In this document: piece after piece, positions 30,499 through 38,803 of the stretch | Position numbering within the stretch: position 1 is the stretch's first letter | Layout: each line of letters begins with the position of its first letter | NCBI GenBank assembly: GCA_025061985.1 | Contig: JANXAW010000026.1 | Coordinates: 22,738-86,737, forward strand | Direction: 5' to 3' | Length of the DNA stretch: 64,000 nucleotides | DNA from: Fimbriimonadales bacterium | GTDB lineage: Bacteria; Armatimonadota; Fimbriimonadia; Fimbriimonadales; GBS-DC | The notes under the pieces: generated by a model | The model's input: only the letters and a program-made list of their open reading frames with translations | What the model was told of the DNA's origin: nothing | The model's database searches: none | Program-made: the position numbers and the translations under genes

Positions 30499-31388
30499 CG
30501 GTACTCCTCCTCCAGATCCTCCAAGCGATGGCGTTTCATTAACTCCCACTCTCTACCCATTGCCTCCTCTTCAGAGAGGCGGGATTCACCCACAGCGATT
30601 TCCTCGCCGAACATCTTGCCGTATTCGGCAACCTGTTCGGGCGAAAGCGGCGCTTCTTCCTCAACCACAGGCATTTCCTCAGGAATGACCTCGGCACCTT
30701 GCCATTCAAGCTGCTTCTCCTCGATAATCGCATCGGCAATCCGCCCCGCAATGAGCCGAATGGAGCGGATGGCATCATCGTTGCCAGGGATAGGATAATC
30801 CACCTCCTCAGGGTCGCAGTTTGTGTCTACGATAGCGATGGTGGTGATTCCTAGGCGTTGGGCTTCCGCGACTGCTGTGTGCTCCTCTTTGATATCTACA
30901 ATGAACAGTGCAGCAGGCAAGCCGGGCATCTCTTTGATGCCGCCGAGGTTGCGCTCAAGCTTTTCGTATTCTTTGCGCAAGCGTGCCGCCTCTTTTTTGG
31001 GGATGCGATCCAGCTCACCTTCCTGGATCATCCGCTCCAGTTCCTTGAGGCGCTTGATGCGCATTTGGATGGTGCGGAAGTTGGTCAGCGTGCCTCCCAG
31101 CCAGCGGTGCGTAATATAGTACTGGCGGCAGCGCAGAGCAGCCTCCTTAATGGCATCGCGCGCTTGTTTCTTCGTGCCCACAAACAAGATGTGCCCACCG
31201 TTGTTGACAATCTCTTTGACGGCTTTCTGTGCTTTGTCAAACATCTCGATAGTCTTGTGAAGGTCGATGATGTGGATGCCGTTGCGTGCGCCGTAGATGT
31301 AGCGCCGCATGTTTGGGTGCCACTTGCGGGTGGGATGCCCAAAATGCACCCCCGCCTCCAGTAACTCGCGTATCGTTAGCTCTGCCAT
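30495..31388 (-). CDS. rpsB: 30S ribosomal protein S2
   Basis: [41 protein letters not shown]. Confidence 0.98.
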   Translation of the reverse strand: MAELTIRELLEAGVHFGHPTRKWHPNMRRYIYGARNGIHIIDLHKTIEMFDKAQKAVKEIVNNGGHILFVGTKKQARDAIKEAALRCRQYYITHRWLGGTLTNFRTIQMRIKRLKELERMIQEGELDRIPKKEAARLRKEYEKLERNLGGIKEMPGLPAALFIVDIKEEHTAVAEAQRLGITTIAIVDTNCDPEEVDYPIPGNDDAIRSIRLIAGRIADAIIEEKQLEWQGAEVIPEEMPVVEEEAPLSPEQVAEYGKMFGEEIAVGESRLSEEEAMGREWELMKRHRLEDLEEEYR

Positions 31389-31398
31389 CGGTTCACCT

Positions 31399-31482
31399 CC
31401 GGGTTAGTTGCCACCCGCGCCGTCTACCGCGCTTACGATCTGAGCGAGCGCACTCAGACACCCCAGCGCGTCGGGCGCGGTA
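31399..31482 (-). ncRNA. S2 autoregulatory leader (t44-like)
   Basis: Nested stems CCGCGCC/GGCGCGG, CGCGCT/AGCGCG, TCTGAG/CTCAGA; GGGGTG able to pair with downstream TAACCC as in rpsB leaders; TATACT -10 just upstream. Confidence 0.7.
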
Positions 31483-31550
31483 CGAGATGCCAGCAAAGTA
31501 TACCCAACCTGCGCACGAGGGGCGAGCCCAAGTCGCGGAGGCAACCACCG

Positions 31551-32387
31551 TTAGGCAAGCTGATGCCACCACCACAGCCATGGTGCGCTGAACAGAAAGC
31601 TGTCGAACCGATCCAGCACTCCTCCGTGCCCCGGCAAAATCCTACCAAAGTCCTTCACGCCCACTGCGCGTTTGAGTGCGGACTCAAACAGGTCGCCCAG
31701 TTGCCCCAACACGCCTACCCCCAGCCCTGCCACAGTAGCCCAGGTAGGGGTGTAGCCGAGCATTGTCCCGCCGACACTGCCTATCAGCACACAGAGTATA
31801 AGGTTGGCGACAAAACCTTCAATTGTCTTTGCTGGGCTAATCAAAGTAGCGATTTTTCGCCTTCCTATGAACTTGCCGACGAAGTAGGCAGCTGTATCGC
31901 CCATCCAGAGCATCGCAAACAGCCAGAGCACCACAAGTGCGCCCCGCTCAACCTGCCACGCCCCCAGCGTCGTGAGCGCGTAGTCCTCCCGCAGTCGCAC
32001 CCCGAAGCTAAACAGCCAGCCAATATAGAGCATACCAAATGTGCCGTACCCTATGTTGTGGGCTACAGAGGTAATCCGCCCCAACCAAGCGCGTCCCAAC
32101 TCATACAAGAGCGCCCCCAAGAAGACTGGCAGTAAGACGCGCGCAAGCGCAACGTCTGGCAACCACCAAGTCATAAATGGCAGGCAGGCTCCTGCAAGTA
32201 GCAATACTGGGTTAGGTTGTACAGGGGGCTGCAGCGACGCAGCTCGATAGGTCCACGCAAACTCAACGGAGCCAACCAGCGCCAATAGGCTCAAAGACAG
32301 CCCAAAAAGACCGCCGCCGGGGGCGAAAATTGCTACCAGCATCAAAGGGATGCCGATAAGCGCGGTAAGCACGCGAAGGCGCAACAT
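31551..32387 (-). CDS. cdsA: Phosphatidate cytidylyltransferase
   Basis: DTAAYFVG, ISPAKTIEG, GDLFESALKR..GVKDFG..LPGHGGVLDRFDS. Confidence 0.95.
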   Translation of the reverse strand: MLRLRVLTALIGIPLMLVAIFAPGGGLFGLSLSLLALVGSVEFAWTYRAASLQPPVQPNPVLLLAGACLPFMTWWLPDVALARVLLPVFLGALLYELGRAWLGRITSVAHNIGYGTFGMLYIGWLFSFGVRLREDYALTTLGAWQVERGALVVLWLFAMLWMGDTAAYFVGKFIGRRKIATLISPAKTIEGFVANLILCVLIGSVGGTMLGYTPTWATVAGLGVGVLGQLGDLFESALKRAVGVKDFGRILPGHGGVLDRFDSFLFSAPWLWWWHQLA

Positions 32388-32397
32388 CAGGTCTCTT

Positions 32398-33726
32398 TTA
32401 GGCTTGTGCTTGCTGCTCCGATTCAGGCAGGGCGGGAGTGGGCTGCCACCGCACATACAAAGTCAGCCCGTCGACGCGATCTACCTTCACTAGCTCCCCT
32501 TCTTCTATCGGTGGGTCCAGAGCAATGGCGCGCCACAGAGAGCCGTCCACAAACACCATTCCCTCAGGGTCAAGGCGCGTGCGCACCTGCCCCGTCATGC
32601 CCACCAGACGCTCTCGCCCACTTACCTTGCGACGGAACTGAGCTCGAATCCCTGAGTAGGCGATGAACGTAAACAGGGCAGCCGTCAGCGCCGTCATCGT
32701 GCCAACTAGCCATAGGCTCACGCGGAACACAGGCGAGTCGGACTGGAACAAGATGATGGAACCGATGGCGAACGACACTAACGCCCCCGCCGTAAGGATA
32801 CCATGTGAACTTGTAAACAGCTCCGCCACAAACAGGGCGAACGCAAGCAAAATCAGGGCGACCCCCAACACATTAACAGGCAGCACAGAAGCAGCATACA
32901 ACGCCAACAACAGCGCGATAATCCCAATGACGCCCGGAAAAGTAGCACCAGGGTTTTGCAATTCGCCTAGCAAGCCGTAAATTGCCAGCAGCATTAGAAT
33001 GTAGAATACGTTCGGGTGCGCCAGGAATATCAGGAGCGACTCGCGCCACGTCTTGGGCACTTCGCGAAGAGGGACGTTGCGCGTGCGCAGCACCACCGTG
33101 CGCCCGCCAGCTAACCGCACAGAGCGTCCATCTATCTTCGCCAACAGTTCCTGCGGAGTGGTGGCAATCAGGTCTATCACGCGCTTCTCCAATGCTTCCG
33201 TTTCAGTAACGGATGCTGCCTCGGTGACCGCCTTGACCACCCAGTCGGCGTTGCGCCCACGCTGTTTAGCGATGGTCTTAGCATAGGCAATAGTGTCGCT
33301 CATTACTTTGCGCTTCATATCTTTGGGGATGTCCTCTCCCCCCATGCTGACAGGTGTTGCGGCGCCGATGTTTGTGCCTGGCGCCATCGCGGCGATATTG
33401 GCAGCTACAGTGATAAACACCCCAGCCGAACCTGCGCGCGCTCCCGAAGGATACACGAACACGATCACGGGGATGGGACTGTTGAGGAAGGTGGTGGTGA
33501 TGTCGCGCGTGGCTTGCATCTCACCCCCAGGGGTATCCAGTAAGACCATAAACGCCGCCGCGTTGGCTTTGACGGCGTCCGCATGCGCGCGCATAAGATA
33601 GTCCGCGGATGCGCGATGCACAATCTCTTTGAACTGGATGTAGTACACAGGGCGCGCTGTCCGCGGCTGCGCTCCCGCCGTCAGCAACATCCCCCACAGC
33701 AGTCCCCAGAACAGGTGCAGTCTCAT
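32398..33726 (-). CDS. nfeD: NfeD family membrane-bound serine protease (ClpP class, long form)
   Basis: LDTPGG, ARAGSAG, MAPGTNIGAATP, TM bundle, C-terminal OB fold G.VFVDGSLWRA. Confidence 0.9.
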   Translation of the reverse strand: MRLHLFWGLLWGMLLTAGAQPRTARPVYYIQFKEIVHRASADYLMRAHADAVKANAAAFMVLLDTPGGEMQATRDITTTFLNSPIPVIVFVYPSGARAGSAGVFITVAANIAAMAPGTNIGAATPVSMGGEDIPKDMKRKVMSDTIAYAKTIAKQRGRNADWVVKAVTEAASVTETEALEKRVIDLIATTPQELLAKIDGRSVRLAGGRTVVLRTRNVPLREVPKTWRESLLIFLAHPNVFYILMLLAIYGLLGELQNPGATFPGVIGIIALLLALYAASVLPVNVLGVALILLAFALFVAELFTSSHGILTAGALVSFAIGSIILFQSDSPVFRVSLWLVGTMTALTAALFTFIAYSGIRAQFRRKVSGRERLVGMTGQVRTRLDPEGMVFVDGSLWRAIALDPPIEEGELVKVDRVDGLTLYVRWQPTPALPESEQQAQA

Positions 33727-33829
33727 CACCCTTATTTTACCCAAGTAGGTATTATTCAATCTTGCTGCGGGGAAACAAAAACCCACGCATCCGCCGACAA
33801 TTAGGCCTGAGGGAGGCGACGCTAGTGCG

Positions 33830-34867
33830 ATGATTTGCCCTAAGTGCTTTGCGGAGATACCTGACACCAGTGTGTTCTGTTTGGAGTGTGGCTCGCGCCT
33901 GAAGGACGATACACTTGACCCGCTTTATGCGGAAGGCTCAGATCGCGAGGTGTATCCGGAGCTGGCGCGCGCCAACCTGCTGCGCATTCAGGGGCGGTAT
34001 GAAGAGGCTATTGAAGTGTGTCGTCGCATCTTGGGGCGGTTCCCCAGCAACGAGACTGTGCACGCCCTGCTGGGCGACATTTACGCAGACCAAGGTAAGC
34101 TGGATGATGCCATCCAGTGGTACGAACTGCTAGTAGAGCTGGCGCCTCAAAACATGCATTACAGTGCGAAGTTGCATCATCTGCGTGCGCTGCGTGCTGC
34201 GCAGTCCGCTCCAGCTTTGCCTACACCTGAAACGAAGCCCGCCAAGCATCGGCTATTCGCCTACGGGTTGTATGGATTGCTGGGGTTGATTGTGGTTGGG
34301 GCTGCGTTTGTAGCGGGCGCGCGGATGCAGAACCTGCTTAGCACCGAAGCCCAGCCCGCTAAGGCTACGCAAGCAAGCGTTGTTCCCCCCTCCAAAACCG
34401 TTGAAACGCCGCGCATTCCACCGCCAACCCCTGCTGCGCCAGAGCCTTCTCCTGCGCCACCGCCTACCGCTCCTTTGGAGTTTACGGGCATGAGCGCCGT
34501 AGAGGCAGAGTTAGCGTACAAGCTCAGCCAGCAACTTAACGGCACGCCCGTATGGTGCGCTTACGAACCATTGGCTGATCGGTGGTATGCTCGTTTGCGC
34601 ATCCAGTCTGGCGTACTGAGCAAGGGGCGCATCCTGCAAGAAGCATTAGCTCTCGCCCGGGCGTTCTATGCCAAGTACCCTAACGCCCGCTTAACCGTTG
34701 CGATTGTTGTGCCCAGCCCCAGTGGTGGCGACGTGTTGGTGTTCTCAAGCGAGATAGCGCCCTCTTTAGCAGCTGTTGACCCAGCCGCGCTTCAAGAGGA
34801 GCAGGTGCGCGCGCTTTTGCAACAGCTGCAGGCGTGGTGGAACCCCACACTCCGCTTGCAAGGGTAG
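33830..34867 (+). CDS. Zinc-ribbon + TPR + single-TM + Pro-rich membrane protein
   Basis: CPKC...FCLECG; TPRs (HALLGDIYADQGKLDDAIQWY); TM LYGLLGLIVVGAAFVAG. Confidence 0.8.
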   Translation: MICPKCFAEIPDTSVFCLECGSRLKDDTLDPLYAEGSDREVYPELARANLLRIQGRYEEAIEVCRRILGRFPSNETVHALLGDIYADQGKLDDAIQWYELLVELAPQNMHYSAKLHHLRALRAAQSAPALPTPETKPAKHRLFAYGLYGLLGLIVVGAAFVAGARMQNLLSTEAQPAKATQASVVPPSKTVETPRIPPPTPAAPEPSPAPPPTAPLEFTGMSAVEAELAYKLSQQLNGTPVWCAYEPLADRWYARLRIQSGVLSKGRILQEALALARAFYAKYPNARLTVAIVVPSPSGGDVLVFSSEIAPSLAAVDPAALQEEQVRALLQQLQAWWNPTLRLQG

Positions 34868-34873
34868 TTGCTC

Positions 34874-35965
34874 CTACGAAGCTGTGGGGACATATGTCTT
34901 CTTTCGTCGCGCTCGGATGGCAGCGATTTCTTCCTCAGTGATGGCGCGCTCAAAGCTGCGGAAGCCCGCCAGACGGAAGCCATGCTTGCGTGCCAACGCC
35001 TGCATCGTGCGCACCTGCTCTAAACTGACCTCTTTGCCTAAGGTGAAGTTCTCAATGCGCCCTTCGAGCGCCAGCATCATCGTCTCTGCCATGCAAGCGT
35101 AGGCTGTGCGAGGAGGAAATCCAAAGTCGAAGCCGAAATCCACCTCGCCGGGCACTTCCACCACCCCGCCCTCTATCACCAGCACATCGTCGCGCTCGCG
35201 TGCCACGCGCACCGAAACATCGCGCGGGCGTGCTACATCCACCACCACCGCCCCCGACTTGAGGTCTTTGGGGTAGATAATCGCATCGAGCGCGCTGGTG
35301 ACGGTAATCACCACATCGGCAGTTGGCAAATCGCGCGCAAGGTCTGCAGAAACGCGCACCGTACCGCGAGCGATCGGGCGCAGTTGCTCGGCAATCGGTT
35401 CTAAGCGTGCCTCGTCGCGCCCTAAAAGGAGAAGCTCACGCGCCTGAGGCGCCAGCGCCTCCGCGCAGGTGCGCCCAATAGATCCCGTCGCCCCCACCAC
35501 TGCCACCGTAGCGTCTGCAATATCGATATCCATCTTCTGTGCGCCCAGCACAGCTGCTTCGATTGCCGTGGCAACTGTGTAGCTGTTGCCAGTGGTTACG
35601 GCGATATCCAAGTGCTTGGCGATGGTGATACCGCCGTCGCCCACCACTGAGGTGAACGCCCCTAGCCCTATAACGTGCGCTCCTAGCTCTTGGGCGATCT
35701 GCCCGCAGCGAATGATTTTCGCATACACCACTTCTAAGGGCAAGCTGAGCATCATTCGGGGCGAAAGCGGACAACCAATAAACCAGCCCTCTGTGGTCGC
35801 TCCTGTCAGCGAGCGTATGCCGGTAATCTTTGACAAAACTACCGGCTCTTTGCGTAGCAGTAGTTTTTCAACCCAGCGCTCGGGCAAGTAACGTGCCAAG
35901 GGGTATTTGCGCGCCACATCCCGCTTGACATCCACAGGATGGATAATGAACGCAAACCGGTGCAT
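34874..35965 (-). CDS. Long-chain acyl-ACP reductase-like protein (COG5322-type)
   Basis: FAFIIHP, GLGAFTSVV, TTGNSYT, Rossmann VVGATGSIG, DVARPRDV, YACMAETM (putative catalytic Cys). Confidence 0.78.
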   Translation of the reverse strand: MHRFAFIIHPVDVKRDVARKYPLARYLPERWVEKLLLRKEPVVLSKITGIRSLTGATTEGWFIGCPLSPRMMLSLPLEVVYAKIIRCGQIAQELGAHVIGLGAFTSVVGDGGITIAKHLDIAVTTGNSYTVATAIEAAVLGAQKMDIDIADATVAVVGATGSIGRTCAEALAPQARELLLLGRDEARLEPIAEQLRPIARGTVRVSADLARDLPTADVVITVTSALDAIIYPKDLKSGAVVVDVARPRDVSVRVARERDDVLVIEGGVVEVPGEVDFGFDFGFPPRTAYACMAETMMLALEGRIENFTLGKEVSLEQVRTMQALARKHGFRLAGFRSFERAITEEEIAAIRARRKKTYVPTAS

Positions 35966-35988
35966 GGCCAAGAAGATACCCCAACTCA

Positions 35989-36015
35989 GAAAAGCCCCTC
36001 CAAATGGAGGGGCTT
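35989..36015 (-). terminator. Intrinsic terminator of the 81-aa gene
   Basis: Perfect stem AAGCCCCTCCA-AA-TGGAGGGGCTT ending in TTTTCT on the minus strand. Confidence 0.8.
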
Positions 36016-36025
36016 GCACGTGCTC

Positions 36026-36271
36026 TTAGGCGGGATTACCATCTTTGGAGCTTCGTCGCTGTCGAACGTTCTTTAGCCCGAAGCGATACTTAGCAAACGC
36101 CTCTTCTATGCGATCCTCTAAAATAAGTTTCGCGAACTCACGTGCCCCTTCGATCTTTGCTTGATTGGGCTTGCGTCGTCGGATTGCCTTTATTGCTTCT
36201 GCCATATCGATCTCACCTGCCTTGAACGCTCTAAGGATACCCTCGATGTAAGCGCTGCGTTGGTCTGTCAT
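36026..36271 (-). CDS. Small basic hypothetical protein (81 aa), monocistronic
   Basis: GGGAGG RBS, own promoter and terminator; 19 K/R versus 12 D/E. Confidence 0.8.
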   Translation of the reverse strand: MTDQRSAYIEGILRAFKAGEIDMAEAIKAIRRRKPNQAKIEGAREFAKLILEDRIEEAFAKYRFGLKNVRQRRSSKDGNPA

Positions 36272-36296
36272 ACCAATGACCTCCCTTGCAGCTTCA

Positions 36297-36326
36297 AGTA
36301 TACCTTTTTTGGAATGCCCTTGTCAA
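36297..36326 (-). promoter_or_regulatory. Near-consensus sigma70 promoter
   Basis: TTGACA-N18-TATACT. Confidence 0.8.
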
Positions 36327-36399
36327 GTGAGGCAAAAGCGAGTGTTTCGATAGTAGCTGCGCGTATTCGTCGCTCTTCCTGCAGCAAGAAGAAGGTGCA

Positions 36400-37293
36400 C
36401 TACCCTGCTTCTTCTGTTTCGGAAGCGCCTACTGCGTTCAGCATAAACTGGACAAGAACAGTGTAGAACTCGTCGGGGCGTTCGTAGCGGGCTTGTACGT
36501 GTGCGCATCCTTCTGCCCACCAAAGCTGTTTTGGCTCGCGTGCCGCACGGTAGAGGCGCTCGGCATGATAGGCAGGGATAAGCTGGTCGTGGGTGCCGTG
36601 CATCAGTAGCACGGGGCGAGGCGCAATTTGGGCAATCACTGCCTCAGGTGCCACCTCGCGAGGCGACCGCCGCGTCATCAGAGCGCCCAGCCAAAGCGTG
36701 GGGTGCAGCAGGGGCGAGGCTTTGCCCAACGTGCCGCACCACCAGTCCTTCACCGCCTCGTCTAAGCGTGCGTAGGCAGAATCCGCAGCGACTGCACGGA
36801 TACGCGGGTCTTCGGCTGCTGCCAGCAGCACTGCCGCCCCGCCCATCGAAGAGCCGTAGGCAACGATTGGTAGCCCTGGCGCCGTACGCGCCACAAAGTC
36901 CACTGCCGACAGCACATCCAGTCGCTCGCGATCGCCAATCGTGCAAAGATTGCCCTCACTTTGACCCATCGCACGGAAATCAAACACCAAGCAGTGGAAG
37001 CCTACCTTCCACAACTCCCTCGCCACGGGCAACGGCTCACAGCGATTCATCAGATAGCCGTGGCAAAGAATGGCAACCCCTATCGGTTTGGGCGCAGGCA
37101 TCCACCACCCGTGTAGGCGCACCCCATCGCGCGAAGGAAAGACAACGCTTTGATACGGCATCCCCAAATCGCGCGGCGTCATAAAAAACGGCGTACGTGG
37201 CGGTCGCAGCGACGCCCGCACGACCAGATAGTTCCCCAACAACCATACGCCGACTGCGAACCCGGCACCCGCAATCAGTGTCAGCCACAGCAC
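36400..37293 (-). CDS. Membrane-anchored alpha/beta hydrolase
   Basis: LCHGY, FDFRAMGQS, nucleophile elbow YGSSMGGA, HGTHD, late His (CAH); GTG start 7 nt after TATACT. Confidence 0.88.
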   Translation of the reverse strand: MLWLTLIAGAGFAVGVWLLGNYLVVRASLRPPRTPFFMTPRDLGMPYQSVVFPSRDGVRLHGWWMPAPKPIGVAILCHGYLMNRCEPLPVARELWKVGFHCLVFDFRAMGQSEGNLCTIGDRERLDVLSAVDFVARTAPGLPIVAYGSSMGGAAVLLAAAEDPRIRAVAADSAYARLDEAVKDWWCGTLGKASPLLHPTLWLGALMTRRSPREVAPEAVIAQIAPRPVLLMHGTHDQLIPAYHAERLYRAAREPKQLWWAEGCAHVQARYERPDEFYTVLVQFMLNAVGASETEEAG

Positions 37294-37499
37294 GACTACA
37301 AGTATAACCCATCTCCTTGGCAGATGTGATGCTCCATCGGCGGGAGATGCTTTGCGGGTGGGGATTGACAGATTCCTTAGATGCGACAAAGAGGTATAAA
37401 TTCGGCACAGGGGGAACATGAAGAATGAACCTAGCGTTGCGTCGTGGTCCATACGTGCCGCGGCTCGACGCATATGCGCCGCAACTCGACACATATGTG

Positions 37500-37755
37500 T
37501 GAGGACGCGAAGAGAGGGCGTCGTGGTAAGCCCGCGGGGGTGGTGGCGTGCGAGATTTGGCGCAAGATTGGCGACGCGCCGCCTGCCGACCGTAGCGAGT
37601 GCGAGTACGTTGCCTCACCCAGTCGCTCGCCGTATCGGATTGCCTACTCAGGCGAGGTAGCGGGTCAGACAGTGCATTATGTATTGCGTTGGCGCACGGT
37701 ACGCGGCGAGGCAGGACCTATTAGCGAAACGCAGAGCGCGACGGTGACGGGGTGA
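37500..37755 (+). pseudogene. C-terminal fragment of a conserved hypothetical beta-sandwich (FN3-like) protein
   Basis: KPAGVVACEIW...VHYVLRWRTVRGEAGPISE reads as real protein but has no credible start or N-terminal part. Confidence 0.5.
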
Positions 37756-37815
37756 GGCGTTTGCCCTTCTCTACACCTTGCACCTGAAAGCCATCGGCGT
37801 CTTGCGGACGAACCT

Positions 37816-37856
37816 CGTCGGCGGAGACGTCGACGCTACGGTAGGGGCGCGCCCGA
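37816..37856. repeat. Back-to-back GTAG REP-like units
   Basis: Minus strand GTAG-CGTCGACG-TCTC-CGCCGACG (37839-37816), then plus strand GTAGGGGCGCGCCC. Confidence 0.6.
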
Positions 37857-37873
37857 CTCAGCCGTCTGGGCTG

Positions 37874-38319
37874 CTATGATTGATCGCAACGAGGAGTCTC
37901 TTCGGGCAAGAACATCACTTCCACGCCTGCCAACCCCCGTAAAGCCTCAAAGTGTCTGTCCCGAGTTAGCAGCGGCAGCCGGTATGCCAGCGCGAACGCA
38001 GCAATCCACACATCGTTTTCGGGGATTGGCGTGCCCTGCGCCCGCAGAAACTGCTTCATTTGTGCATGTACCCGCTGCACAGCGCGCCCAAACGCTAGTA
38101 ATGGGTAGTCGCCTATCAACGCTTGCATTACCTGCCGCTGGTAGTCGGGGCGTGCGGAAACCAACGCGCCGTAATACAGCTCCCCTACCGTGATTCCACA
38201 TAGATAAATAGATGAAACTGCGCTTGTTCGCCCAGAAGCGCCTTCAGGTTTACCCGCCCACGCAGTATCTCTGCTACGATGCTTGTATCCAGCAGATACC
38301 TACCAGCGCTCTGTGTCAA
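37874..38319 (-). pseudogene. vapC: VapC (PIN domain) toxin, frameshifted
   Basis: YLLDTSIV in one frame; GELYYG...ENDVWIAA...LLTRDRHF in another; 8-nt tandem duplication at 38201-38216. Confidence 0.85.
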
Positions 38320-38536
38320 TGCGCTCACAGCCTTCCTCTATCGCCTGTAGCAGTGCGTCCACCTCTTCATCGGAGAGTGCGCCTGCGACGCGGTTGAAGT
38401 GCGCGGCAGGGATGCCTCTGGGCAGGCGCGGTGGCGTTGGCTCGTCGTCCAGCACCATCAAGCGCACGCGCTTGCCCTGAAACTCCTGAGCGCGGGCAAC
38501 AATCTCTTCCCGCAAGCCTTCTAGAATGGTTGGCAT
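38300..38536 (-). CDS. Putative VapB-type antitoxin
   Basis: 78 aa, overlaps the PIN gene start; acidic C-terminus AGALSDEEVDALLQAIEEGCERID. Confidence 0.75.
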   Translation of the reverse strand: MPTILEGLREEIVARAQEFQGKRVRLMVLDDEPTPPRLPRGIPAAHFNRVAGALSDEEVDALLQAIEEGCERIDTERW

Positions 38537-38707
38537 AGCGCGATTTTACCTGAGTAGGAACCCTAACGCACCCATTCGTCGCGTTCCTGTGGCAAAAGCT
38601 GTTCATTTGGTGGACGACGGCATGAGACGTGCCCCCTTGCAGACAAGGCCTACTTATTGAAGCCGCTAGCCAACAACGAGCATTTCCCAAACCCCTTTCA
38701 CCACCCC

Positions 38708-38772
38708 TTGACGCTTCCCACTCCACATGCTATAATATGCCCAGAATACGATTTCTGAGCAAATGCGCGCAT
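38708..38772 (+). promoter_or_regulatory. Near-consensus sigma70 promoter with downstream palindrome (candidate operator)
   Basis: TTGACG-N17-TATAAT with TG extended -10; ATGCGCGCAT palindrome at 38763-38772. Confidence 0.75.
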
Positions 38773-38803
38773 GTAGACAGCCCACCGCAGGGGGCGGGCA
38801 CGA

